Shown piece after piece: positions 1-7,883 of a stretch of 20,000 nt of DNA. The position numbers and the translations under genes are program-made. Under the pieces are notes generated by a model, which was given only the letters and a program-made list of their open reading frames with translations, did not search any database and was not told the origin of the DNA. Origin of the DNA: an uncultured virus (IMG/VR IMGVR_UViG_3300028854_000016) (Duplodnaviria; Heunggongvirae; Uroviricota; Caudoviricetes); the IMG/VR virus record IMGVR_UViG_3300028854_000016, positions 52,595-72,594 of that record; one strand, given 5' to 3'. Positions within the stretch are counted from its first letter, which is position 1, and every line of letters starts with the position of its first letter.

Positions 1-303
1 AGAAAAGGATTTTGCACAACTAACTCTAGTAAATTAACTGCTTGCGCAAAATTAAAGAAATTAATTGAAAGTGATAAATTAAAAATATATAGTAAAAAAT
101 TAATAAGTGAATTAAAAACGTTTATCGCTGTTGAAAATACATACAAAGCAAAAACTGGCGAAACTGATGATTTGGTTACATCAATGTTAACTAATATAAG
201 AATGCTAACTTTAATTCAAACCTATATTCCTAATTTAGATGAAGAAAAAGAAGAATCGGATGAAGATATTCCATTGCCATTTTTTGTTGAGCACTATTGG
301 TAA
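1..303 (+). CDS. Terminase large subunit, C-terminal nuclease domain (5'-partial, gp17-like)
   Basis: Frame 1 is open from base 1: RKGFCTTNSSKLTACAKLKKLIESDKLKIYSKKLISELKTFIAVENTYKAKTGETDDLVTSML...PLPFFVEHYW*. The ELxTF...YxAxxGxxDDLV pattern is typical of T4 gp17-like terminases. Confidence 0.88.
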   Translation, partial: RKGFCTTNSSKLTACAKLKKLIESDKLKIYSKKLISELKTFIAVENTYKAKTGETDDLVTSMLTNIRMLTLIQTYIPNLDEEKEESDEDIPLPFFVEHYW

Positions 304-308
304 AAAGA

Positions 309-315
309 ATAAATA
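309..315 (+). promoter_or_regulatory. Putative T4-type late promoter core (ATAAATA)
   Basis: Matches 7/8 of the T4 late consensus TATAAATA; lies just upstream of a GAGG RBS and ATG 334. Confidence 0.5.
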
Positions 316-333
316 CAATAGAGGAATTATAAT

Positions 334-1914
334 ATGCTAAAAGAAAATACCAGTTCATATGTATTTGAATTTTTAAAATCCCGCTTTGAATTGGGAGAAG
401 CAGTCGATGAAAATGGCAATTCTACTACAACTCCAGAAGATATGCGAGTTTTTTCTTTTGATTTTAAGAATAAAAAAGGAGAAGACCTTGGTTGTGTAGT
501 TTGTAGTCTGGTTGATGATAGCGAGTCCTCAAATTCTTTAAAAATTTATTTTGGAGATGAATTAGCAAATGTTGATGCTGAATATCAAAAAGAGTGGTTG
601 GATTTTCTTAAAAGCATTAGACAATTTGCCAAAATACATATGCTTGGTTTTGATATAAGAAATATTAATAAATCAACTATTACTAGAAGAGATGTTGACC
701 CAATGTTTGAAAGTTCTTTTGGACCGATTGATGGCACAGTGAGAACTAGCCGCCAGCCATTGGAAAATATGCAAATAATTATTAAACATACTGCAAATGT
801 TGATCCTAAAATTAAAAATTCAAGAAGTAGAAAAATTCAAAAGATATATCTTGCTAATAATCAAGGAGAAAAGTTTTTACTTCCATTCAAGAGTTTAATG
901 GCTGCAAGAGCAATGGCTCGTCATATATATGCTGGTGGGACCCCATATGATGCAGTTGGTTCTGATATTTGTAGTTTAGTTGAAGAAATGGTTTCTCTAA
1001 GCAAATTCGTTAGAAAAATGAAATCAAATACTTATGAAAATCCAGAAGCCATTAATGCAATTAATTCATCTATAGAAAGAATTCATGATATTAAACGCCA
1101 ATTATCTAGTTTAAGTTCTCAAGGTGGTTATGATAAAAATAAACCATCTTTGACTGGAAATATGGGAAAATTAGAAGAAGATGAAGATATGCCTGATTTG
1201 TTTAATAATGAATCTCTAGATGACGAAAATAAAATGGCACTTCCTCATGTTATGAGAGCATATAGAAATAGAAAAACTCCAACAGAGACTGGTGAGTTTG
1301 AACAATGGGCAAATTCAGTTTCAACTGGCGAACCAGAACCAGGTGAAGAAATTTTGACAGATGAAGAGCAGAAAATATGTGGCACTTGCCCAAACACTAT
1401 AGAAGGTAATGGTTTTGATGATTCAGGATTGTGTCAAGATTGTTACAAATACAGTAGAAATCAAGAAGAATCTGATAGATATTGGGAACATAATAATTCA
1501 TTGGATGAATCAGAAACATGGCAAGATAAATTGACTCAATGGGTAAATAGCAGTTTGGTTGATCCAAAATTAGAAGCAATTATAAAAGAAAGAGTCCCAA
1601 CATTATATGCTCGTCTGGAAGATTTGAGACATGGCCGGGCAGCAGAAAAAATAACTAATAATGAAAAAATAAGAATAGAAAAAGCATTGAGAGCCATGTC
1701 TAAATTGACAGAAGCTGATATGCCATCGTCTGCTGGTTCTGGCTCTCCTTTATCATATCCAAATTTAAAACCAATGGACGATTTTCACTCACCCAAAGAA
1801 ATTAAAAAATTGAAAAATACAATCGGTAAAGAAAGTCCACTTTCACTTATTTCAAGCAAAGAGAAATTAGAAGAAAGTGAATTAAATGATATTATTCGAT
1901 TAAGCGGAAGATAA
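334..1914 (+). CDS. Phage hypothetical protein, possibly an internal head protein
   Basis: 526-aa ORF with GAGG RBS, between terminase and SSB. Recurrent hydrophobic-x-E sites, acidic linkers, a CxxC...CxxC segment and C-terminal LNDIIRLSGR. Confidence 0.6.
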   Translation: MLKENTSSYVFEFLKSRFELGEAVDENGNSTTTPEDMRVFSFDFKNKKGEDLGCVVCSLVDDSESSNSLKIYFGDELANVDAEYQKEWLDFLKSIRQFAKIHMLGFDIRNINKSTITRRDVDPMFESSFGPIDGTVRTSRQPLENMQIIIKHTANVDPKIKNSRSRKIQKIYLANNQGEKFLLPFKSLMAARAMARHIYAGGTPYDAVGSDICSLVEEMVSLSKFVRKMKSNTYENPEAINAINSSIERIHDIKRQLSSLSSQGGYDKNKPSLTGNMGKLEEDEDMPDLFNNESLDDENKMALPHVMRAYRNRKTPTETGEFEQWANSVSTGEPEPGEEILTDEEQKICGTCPNTIEGNGFDDSGLCQDCYKYSRNQEESDRYWEHNNSLDESETWQDKLTQWVNSSLVDPKLEAIIKERVPTLYARLEDLRHGRAAEKITNNEKIRIEKALRAMSKLTEADMPSSAGSGSPLSYPNLKPMDDFHSPKEIKKLKNTIGKESPLSLISSKEKLEESELNDIIRLSGR

Positions 1915-2008
1915 AATAAAATTAAAAGAAGGTCGGACAAAGTACAAATAGTATCTATTAAATATTACTGAATATCCAAAATAATTTCATAATTACTGTA
2001 GAAAAAAC

Positions 2009-2045
2009 TTGACATGAGGATAAATACAATGTTACTATATAAATA
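2009..2045 (+). promoter_or_regulatory. Composite promoter for SSB: sigma70-like TTGACA-N18-TACTAT plus late-type ATAAATA/TATAAATA
   Basis: TTGACA 2009-2014, TG-extended TACTAT 2033-2038, ATAAATA 2020-2026 and TATAAATA 2038-2045. Confidence 0.6.
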
Positions 2046-2102
2046 GTAACAAACATGGTTGATACAAAATATAAATTAAATTATGGTATATGGAGAAATG
2101 AC

Positions 2103-3080
2103 ATGGGAAACACATTAGCAGATATTCGCAAACGTCTTGCAGAAGCAGAAAAAAATAACAATCAACAATTTGATAATTCAAACTATGCTTTTTGGAATGC
2201 TCCAAATGGTTCAACAGCAGAAGTTCGTTTTGTCCCAGATGGCGATCCAACTAACACTTTCTTTTGGGTTGAAAAACTTCAGATTAAACTTCCATTTAAT
2301 GGAATTAAAAATGGCGAATCAAAGCCAATTTATGTAAATGTTCCTTGTGTTGAAATGTTCGGGCGCACTGAATATCCACAAGGTTGCCCAATTTTAAGTG
2401 AAGTTCGTGCATGGTATAAAGAAAAAGACCCTGCTTCAACTGAATTGGCAAACAAGTATTGGAAGAAACCAACATTCATTATGCACGGATTTGTTCGTGT
2501 AAATCCAGTAGCAGATGATAAAGCACCTGAAAATCCAATTCGCAAATTTTCGTTCAATAAACAGTTGTTCAATATTATTAAAGCTGGTCTGATGGATAAA
2601 GATATGGAAAATATTCCATCTGATTATTCAACTGGGACTGATTTTAAAATCCTAAAGACAGCAAAAGGTCAATATGCAGATTATGGAACAAGTTCATATT
2701 CTCGCAGAGAATCAGCATTGACTCCTGTAGAATTGGCTGCAATTGAAACTTATAAACTAAACAACTTATCTGATTATTTGGGTAAGAAGCCAACAGCAGA
2801 GGACTTGGAAGTTATCAAAGAAATGTTTGAAGCTTCAGTTAATGGCGAGGCTTATGATGAAGAAAAGTGGGGCAAATTTTATCGTCCTGTTAATTTCAAA
2901 GTCAATGAAACTTCAACTTCTGCGGAAACTAGTGAACCAGTTGAAGCTAACTCAGTTGTTAGTGAGAAATCAACTCCAGTAGAAGATGCTCCTCCAGCAG
3001 TTCCAGCAACCACTGGAAAAAATAATGCTGCTGATATTTTGGCTGCAATTAGACGCAAAAAATCAGAAACACCCAAGTAA
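2103..3080 (+). CDS. gp32-like single-stranded DNA-binding protein
   Basis: VRFVPDGD..FFW, VPCVEMFG..CPILSE, KYWKK, GTDFKI.K..KGQYADY.TS motifs; sits next to UvsX/UvsY. Likely start is ATG 2103 after GGAG (ORF track start 2055). Confidence 0.9.
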   Translation: MGNTLADIRKRLAEAEKNNNQQFDNSNYAFWNAPNGSTAEVRFVPDGDPTNTFFWVEKLQIKLPFNGIKNGESKPIYVNVPCVEMFGRTEYPQGCPILSEVRAWYKEKDPASTELANKYWKKPTFIMHGFVRVNPVADDKAPENPIRKFSFNKQLFNIIKAGLMDKDMENIPSDYSTGTDFKILKTAKGQYADYGTSSYSRRESALTPVELAAIETYKLNNLSDYLGKKPTAEDLEVIKEMFEASVNGEAYDEEKWGKFYRPVNFKVNETSTSAETSEPVEANSVVSEKSTPVEDAPPAVPATTGKNNAADILAAIRRKKSETPK

Positions 3081-3093
3081 ATTGGAGAATAAT

Positions 3094-3127
3094 ACGAAAG
3101 CCAGTGTATAAAATCATTGGCTTTCGT
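3094..3127 (+). terminator. Stem-loop / intrinsic terminator between SSB and uvsX
   Basis: ACGAAAGCCAGTG-N8-CATTGGCTTTCGT followed by TCTGTTTT. Confidence 0.65.
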
Positions 3128-3167
3128 TCTGTTTTATAATAAATTACAATTTTTATAGGAGTTCATC

Positions 3168-4100
3168 ATGGCAAAGCCTTTTGATGTAAGTCGTTTTAGG
3201 AAAAGCATAACCAAATCAATAGAAGGCATGAGCATTGGTTTTCGTGATCCAAAGATTTGGATTTCAACTGGAAACTATTGTCTTAATTATTTAATTAGTG
3301 GAAGATTTGATACAGGCATCCCGTTGGGAAAAATTACAGTATTTGCAGGCGCTCCAGGAGCAGGAAAATCATTAATTGTATCTGGAAATATTATAAAAGA
3401 TGCACAAGAACAGGGAATTTATGTAATTTTAATTGATAGTGAAAATGCTCTTGATGAAGATTGGTTGAAAGCATTGGGAGTTGATACAAGCGAAGATAAG
3501 TTACTGAAATTAAATATGGCAATGATTAATGATGTTGCTAAAATGATCAGTGATTTTGTTAAGCAATATAAATTGATTCCAGTTGATGAACGACAAAAAG
3601 TATTATTTGTGGTTGATTCTTTGGGTATGCTTTTAACTCCTACTATGGTAAATCAAATGGAAGCAGGATCTATGAAAGGAGATATGGGAATTAAAGCCAA
3701 ACAGCTAAAAGCAATGATTATTAATTGCGTTAATATGTTTGGTGATCTCGATATAGGAATGGTGGCAACAAATCATATCTATTCTTCTCAAGATCAATAT
3801 TCAGATGATATAATTTCAGGCGGGTGTTTAACAAATGATCATAAAATACAGTTAGTTAACGATGAGTTAAAATTAATTGGAGATATTAAAGTTGGTGATA
3901 TTGTTAAAACTTTGGATGGCGATAAAGAAGTTACAGAAACTTATAATTATCTTGATAAAGAAGTGTTTGAATTACAACTAGAGGATGGGCAAATTATTAA
4001 AGCTACTTCGGAACATAAATTTTTAGTAGAATCTGATGATGGTTATATTTGGAAAAAAGTAGCAGATTTAAATGAAGAAGATGAAATCTTATCCCTTTAA
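3168..4100 (+). CDS. uvsX: UvsX/RecA-like recombinase N-terminal extein fused to split-intein N-fragment
   Basis: Walker A GAPGAGKS, IDSENALD, Walker B FVVDSLG, ATNH. After ...ISGG the sequence switches to intein block A (CLTND) and block B (IKATSEHKF), then stops. Confidence 0.92.
   Translation: MAKPFDVSRFRKSITKSIEGMSIGFRDPKIWISTGNYCLNYLISGRFDTGIPLGKITVFAGAPGAGKSLIVSGNIIKDAQEQGIYVILIDSENALDEDWLKALGVDTSEDKLLKLNMAMINDVAKMISDFVKQYKLIPVDERQKVLFVVDSLGMLLTPTMVNQMEAGSMKGDMGIKAKQLKAMIINCVNMFGDLDIGMVATNHIYSSQDQYSDDIISGGCLTNDHKIQLVNDELKLIGDIKVGDIVKTLDGDKEVTETYNYLDKEVFELQLEDGQIIKATSEHKFLVESDDGYIWKKVADLNEEDEILSL
3825..4097 (+). mobile_element. Split intein, N-fragment (IntN, 91 aa)
   Basis: Starts at Cys220 (CLTNDHKIQL...IGDIKVGDIV), has TxxH motif (TSEH) and WKKVADLNEEDEI; acidic. 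Confidence 0.92.
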
Positions 4101-4284
4101 TCCTGATCCTCCACTAATATTATCATAAATAAGAGCAAAAAATATATGGAATGAAGATAATGAGAGAATAGAAGCAATAAAACGTCTTAGAAATTTTAAA
4201 GTATTCATTGTTTGGGAAAGTGAAGCGAAATTAATGATAACTAAAATTAAAGAGGAAATTAAAAATGAAATCAATAAAAATTAA
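4081..4284 (+). pseudogene. Remnant of a Vsr-like (DUF559/EDxHD-type) homing endonuclease
   Basis: One frame reads MKSYPFNPDPPLILS*IRAKNIWNEDNERIEAIKRLRNFKVFIVWESEAKLMITKIKEEIKNEINKN*. The W..D..R.......F.V..VWE pattern resembles the C-terminus of Vsr-like nucleases. It overlaps the IntN stop and the IntC start. Confidence 0.7.
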
Positions 4285-4378
4285 ATCAAAGCAATGTATT
4301 GGAATTAAGCCAGTTTACGATATTCAAGTAAAAGATGCTCATCATTATATATTAGAAAATGGAGTAATAAGTCATAAT
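4265..4378 (+). mobile_element. Split intein, C-fragment (IntC, 38 aa)
   Basis: VYDIQV (block F), terminal His-Asn and +1 Ser; basic N-terminus. Confidence 0.92.
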
Positions 4379-4795
4379 AGTGGTTTTCTCTTTGCCAGCA
4401 GTATTATTGTATCAATGGATGTTTTTAAGTTAAAACAAGATGAAGAAGGAAACAAAACTAAAGAAGTTGCTGGAATTAGATCAAAATGTAAAGTGGTAAA
4501 ATCCCGTTATAATAAACCGTTTGAATCAGTGGAAATTCACATCCCGTATGCTTCAGGAATGGACCCATATTCAGGATTGTTCGATTTATTTTTTGAAAAA
4601 CAGCATTTACTTACTAAAGCTGGCAATAGATATGTTTATACTGACTTAACTGGAGTAGAGCATTCACATTGGAAGAAAGATTATCTAACAAATAAAGATC
4701 AAATTCTTGATTTGATAATGAAAGAATTTGATCCAGAAAAAGTAAATATGACTAGTACTGTGGAAGATATTTCAGAAGAAACAGAAGAAGAATAA
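4265..4795 (+). CDS. uvsX: Split-intein C-fragment fused to UvsX/RecA C-terminal extein
   Basis: MKSIKIKSKQCIGIKPVYDIQVKDAHHYILENGVISHN|SGFLFASSIIV...GIRSKCKVVKSRYNKPF...GMDPYSGL. Intein blocks F and G, then the RecA C-terminal half. Confidence 0.92.
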   Translation: MKSIKIKSKQCIGIKPVYDIQVKDAHHYILENGVISHNSGFLFASSIIVSMDVFKLKQDEEGNKTKEVAGIRSKCKVVKSRYNKPFESVEIHIPYASGMDPYSGLFDLFFEKQHLLTKAGNRYVYTDLTGVEHSHWKKDYLTNKDQILDLIMKEFDPEKVNMTSTVEDISEETEEE

Positions 4796-4806
4796 TTCTA
4801 CTTTGA

Positions 4807-4835
4807 ATAAATAACGGGTGAAGGAAACTTCACCC
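4807..4835 (+). promoter_or_regulatory. Late-type ATAAATA followed by a GNRA-tetraloop hairpin
   Basis: ATAAATA 4807-4813; GGGTGAAG-GAAA-CTTCACCC 4816-4835. Confidence 0.55.
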
Positions 4836-4865
4836 TATTAAATAATGTGCAAAAGGAAAGAAAAA

Positions 4866-5111
4866 ATGACCAAAGAAACTCCTGAACTTATCGCTGAATG
4901 CTGGTTGCTTTTAGTGGAATACATCCCACGCAGAGATCATATTCCAGCCGCTGAACAATTATTGACATATTTAGAGTCTGTGTTGGACAAAGAAGAATTG
5001 GCAGAAATTGCAGATTTGGATGCTGATTTATCTAAAGCATACGATGTTATTTCAGAAGAAAATTCAGATGAATATGATGATGATTTTGATGATACTGAAG
5101 AGGATGAGTAA
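4866..5111 (+). CDS. Small acidic phage hypothetical protein
   Basis: ORF with D/E-rich tail, coupled to uvsY by TAATG. Likely start is ATG 4866 (track start 4845). Confidence 0.7.
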   Translation: MTKETPELIAECWLLLVEYIPRRDHIPAAEQLLTYLESVLDKEELAEIADLDADLSKAYDVISEENSDEYDDDFDDTEEDE

Positions 5112-5569
5112 TGTGGTATAACAAAATAGTTTCCAATATTTCACTAATTCCTGATATGATATCATATTATGAAGGTGAATTATTGGAAGCTAAAAAAGAA
5201 GTTAGTATATATGGAAACTTAGAAAAGAATTTGGCTTGTCTTCCTGGTCAAACTGAATTTAGATTTTATCAACTTCAGGAAATTGAAGCTATCCTAAATT
5301 ATCTCAACATAGAATTAAGAAAGATTCAACAAAAATATTTCAAACAATATTCAGAATCATACAATAAAGCATTGACAAGTAGGGAATCTGAGAAGTATGC
5401 ATCAGGAGAACAGGATGTTTGTGATTTTGAAATGATCATTAATGATGTTGCATTGGTAAGAAATAAATATTTGGGAATCCTTAAAGGCCTTGAATCTAAA
5501 GGATTTCAATTGAGTAGTATTACAAAGATTAGATGCGCTGGAATGGAAGATGTAACAATATCAAAATAA
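5111..5569 (+). CDS. uvsY: UvsY-like recombination mediator
   Basis: 152-aa helical protein (LQEIEAILNYLNIELRK, YNKALTSRESEKY, RCAGMED) directly downstream of uvsX. Confidence 0.8.
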   Translation: MWYNKIVSNISLIPDMISYYEGELLEAKKEVSIYGNLEKNLACLPGQTEFRFYQLQEIEAILNYLNIELRKIQQKYFKQYSESYNKALTSRESEKYASGEQDVCDFEMIINDVALVRNKYLGILKGLESKGFQLSSITKIRCAGMEDVTISK

Positions 5570-5594
5570 AAGCCACTCAAATTGAGTGGCTTTT
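5568..5594. terminator. Bidirectional intrinsic terminator
   Basis: AAAAGCCACTCAA-A-TTGAGTGGCTTTT between convergent genes. Confidence 0.85.
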
Positions 5595-5907
5595 ATTTTG
5601 TTAATCTAAATTGAATCCATTTAATATATAATTTTTTCAGTGTTCGATTGATAGCATATATTTCTTTACGATCTGGCAAAACATTAAATGGTTCCCAAAA
5701 ATGTGTTGTATATAACTCTCTTAAAATTTCCTTAGTATGATATAAATCATCACCTAAATTTATTAAATTTTGTGTATAACTATTTGGCTTTTCGCCAAAA
5801 TAACAAGTTCCGACTAAGATGGTAGTATACTCATAGATTTTTGAAGAACATAAATCTAGTTCATTCATTACTTTGATTGTATCTTTTTTACTTAATATTC
5901 TCCACAC
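5593..5907 (-). CDS. Hypothetical protein (C-terminal IQFRLTK)
   Basis: 104-aa ORF, GTG start with GGAG upstream; last gene of a tightly packed minus-strand operon. Confidence 0.7.
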   Translation of the reverse strand: MWRILSKKDTIKVMNELDLCSSKIYEYTTILVGTCYFGEKPNSYTQNLINLGDDLYHTKEILRELYTTHFWEPFNVLPDRKEIYAINRTLKKLYIKWIQFRLTK

Positions 5908-5908
5908 A

Positions 5909-6202
5909 TCAACTCTCCAGTTTGATAATTAACGCTAGATTATAGTTAGCTCTCAATAATTCATTTATTTCATAAAGTTTATTGCTACTTACATTGGAAT
6001 CCGCTGGTATAAGTTTTTCAATTTCATCTATACGCGCATCGAACACTCTAATGTTTTCATTTTCTTCTATATCCATAGAATCCATGTCAAATCTTGAAAT
6101 ATAATTAAGAAATATATCAATCATTTCGTTACGAATTGGATCATAATCTTTGGCTTTTTTAATCTTCCACATATTTTCTTGCGATGCAATGATCTGGTTC
6201 AT
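5909..6202 (-). CDS. Hypothetical protein (C-terminal LIIKLES)
   Basis: 97-aa ORF, ATGA overlap with the upstream gene. Confidence 0.7.
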   Translation of the reverse strand: MNQIIASQENMWKIKKAKDYDPIRNEMIDIFLNYISRFDMDSMDIEENENIRVFDARIDEIEKLIPADSNVSSNKLYEINELLRANYNLALIIKLES

Positions 6203-6468
6203 TGAGATAATTTCTCCGCGACCCTATTTTGTACAACTGTCCATCCAAGCTTCCAAGCATGTTTTTCATTTTTGTGGCTGGCAGAAATTTCTTGATTATT
6301 AATAGAAACTACCCAAAGAATAATACTCTGTCCAATATTATCGTATGTATATCCTCTTTGCTGCTTATATTTTTTTTCAGGTCTGAAGTAAAAACGAATA
6401 GGCAAAGATATTGCACGAATGTATGCATCAGGATAAATGTTTAATATTTTTTGTTTATATGATTTCAT
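6199..6468 (-). CDS. Hypothetical protein (C-terminal VAEKLSQ)
   Basis: 89-aa ORF (KQKILNIYPDA...AWKLGW), coupled by overlaps. Confidence 0.7.
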   Translation of the reverse strand: MKSYKQKILNIYPDAYIRAISLPIRFYFRPEKKYKQQRGYTYDNIGQSIILWVVSINNQEISASHKNEKHAWKLGWTVVQNRVAEKLSQ

Positions 6469-6545
6469 TCGCTCATCTTTCTAAGTATTTGTTAAATTCT
6501 TTTCCAAGCATTCTTCCATGCTGAACTGTAAAATATAGATGGCAT
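6465..6545 (-). pseudogene. Truncated, frameshifted remnant resembling the C-terminus of the neighbouring gene
   Basis: MPSIFYSSAWKNAWKRI* then, in a shifted frame, NKYLEKMSE*. It has TAATG and ATGA overlaps with the flanking genes and resembles HAWKLGWTVVQNRVAEKLSQ. Confidence 0.5.
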
Positions 6546-6772
6546 TAGCTTGCCAACTTTCTAATAAGTAGTTCGTTTTTCAATACTTGTAGTTCTGCCA
6601 TCACTTTGCTTTCATTATTGCGAATAAAAGAATCTCTAATACAATAAAAATGGAAGTTGGTAAATATAGTAAACTTTTTATCTTCTGGTGAAAATGGATA
6701 CGATAATTTTTTTACTATGTCTTTATATATTCTTTCAATATCATTGATTTCTTTCATTAATTCATTTTTCAT
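6545..6772 (-). CDS. Hypothetical protein (C-terminal LIRKLAS)
   Basis: 75-aa ORF, TAATG coupling. Confidence 0.7.
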   Translation of the reverse strand: MKNELMKEINDIERIYKDIVKKLSYPFSPEDKKFTIFTNFHFYCIRDSFIRNNESKVMAELQVLKNELLIRKLAS

Positions 6773-7014
6773 TATCTGGCCAACTTTATCATAAGCAATA
6801 TATATTGAATTGTCATTTTTGGGTAACGCATTTCTAACATTGCTTCATTTATAAGCAATGTTAGAAATGCTTTAGTACATTCTGGATGTGCTAGAATTAG
6901 TTCTCTGCAAATTTTGATATTTTCAATAAGTGTGGCATCTGAAAAAGAACCTGGTAAGATTAGTGGAAGAAACTCTTTCAAAACTGTCTTCTTCGTTTTG
7001 TCTGATATTTTCAT
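6772..7014 (-). CDS. Hypothetical protein (C-terminal LMIKLAR)
   Basis: 80-aa ORF, TAATG coupling. Confidence 0.7.
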   Translation of the reverse strand: MKISDKTKKTVLKEFLPLILPGSFSDATLIENIKICRELILAHPECTKAFLTLLINEAMLEMRYPKMTIQYILLMIKLAR

Positions 7015-7217
7015 TATGACTCCAATTTTATTATTAGTCGAATATCTTCTGGTGACATATCTGGGTATCTCTCAAATAAAATTTGAGCAAGCATGAACAT
7101 ATTTCGCCCAAAGATATAGGAACCAACGTCTGAATGTTCACGTTCAGACGCAAATTCGCTAAGTAATCTGTCAATTAGGTCCAAGCACCAATAACTTTCA
7201 TAATTCTCAGTATTCAT
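7014..7217 (-). CDS. Hypothetical protein (C-terminal LIIKLES)
   Basis: 67-aa ORF, TAATG coupling. Confidence 0.7.
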   Translation of the reverse strand: MNTENYESYWCLDLIDRLLSEFASEREHSDVGSYIFGRNMFMLAQILFERYPDMSPEDIRLIIKLES

Positions 7218-7225
7218 TAAACCAG

Positions 7226-7564
7226 CTATTTCTTAGTAGATGCCAGATTCAATTCAGGATCAAACGTTTTGATAAGTTCAACTTCAAGAGCATGAGCAGC
7301 AGCCCTATCGCGAACAGTTTCAAGAATGAAAATTTTAGCACATTCAATTCCATGCTGTCTTAATGCAATATACAACGGCCAAGACTTGTTTTCGTTTCTG
7401 GCACGTTCAGAGTGCTTTTGAAAACGAATTTTTACGCTTTTCAGCATAGTGCTTTGCGTCTTTGCAGTGATTCCAATGTATGATTGACCAGCGATAACGA
7501 TTTCATAAATCGCATGAAGTCGATCACAGCGTTTCTTTCTCGATTTGGTCTTGTTTTCCATCAC
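7226..7564 (-). CDS. Small stand-alone GIY-YIG nuclease-family protein
   Basis: AIYEIVIAGQSYIGIT (GIY...YIG), conserved R (IRFQKH), E (ALEVELI) and terminal LN. Confidence 0.8.
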   Translation of the reverse strand: MMENKTKSRKKRCDRLHAIYEIVIAGQSYIGITAKTQSTMLKSVKIRFQKHSERARNENKSWPLYIALRQHGIECAKIFILETVRDRAAAHALEVELIKTFDPELNLASTKK

Positions 7565-7571
7565 TATTAAG

Positions 7572-7600
7572 ATGATAGCAAACTTTTGAGTCTATGTCAA
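7572..7600 (-). promoter_or_regulatory. Sigma70-like early promoter (leftward)
   Basis: Minus strand TTGACA-N17-TATCAT with TGn extension; GTG start 8 nt downstream. Confidence 0.75.
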
Positions 7601-7848
7601 CCTAAATTAATCATTTCAAGCTTTATTGGCTGAATTTTTAGATGATATGCAGTTGGAAAGCTTAAAATTGAATTTTTAAGTTGTTGATTCTAAAGAGCAA
7701 AAATTGTATAAATTGCCCTATAAACCGCTCTAAGCCTTTTGGTTATGTCCAAGTGCTAGAAAGCAAAGAGAATCGCTGTATAGAGCATTTTAAGTGCTTT
7801 GTTTTGATATATTTATAAAATACTCATTCTAAAGAACTTATTTTCTTA

Positions 7849-7877
7849 TTGACAAATAAATTTATTTAGGATATTCT
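7849..7877 (+). promoter_or_regulatory. Sigma70-like early promoter (rightward)
   Basis: TTGACA 7849-7854, N17, TATTCT 7872-7877; ATG at 7884. Confidence 0.75.
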
Positions 7878-7883
7878 TTATAT

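Noticed and set aside
4100..4265. uvsX as a broken pseudogene, or interrupted by a group I intron
   Set aside because: Both halves carry intact complementary intein motifs and the second has its own GAGG RBS and ATG. The 164-nt gap is too short and shows no group I core.
5905..7030. C-terminal tag explained purely as a Shine-Dalgarno for the next gene
   Set aside because: GGAG occurs within the KLES endings of two genes, but most carriers have no SD-like bases there and some (5593, 7884) have no coupled downstream gene.
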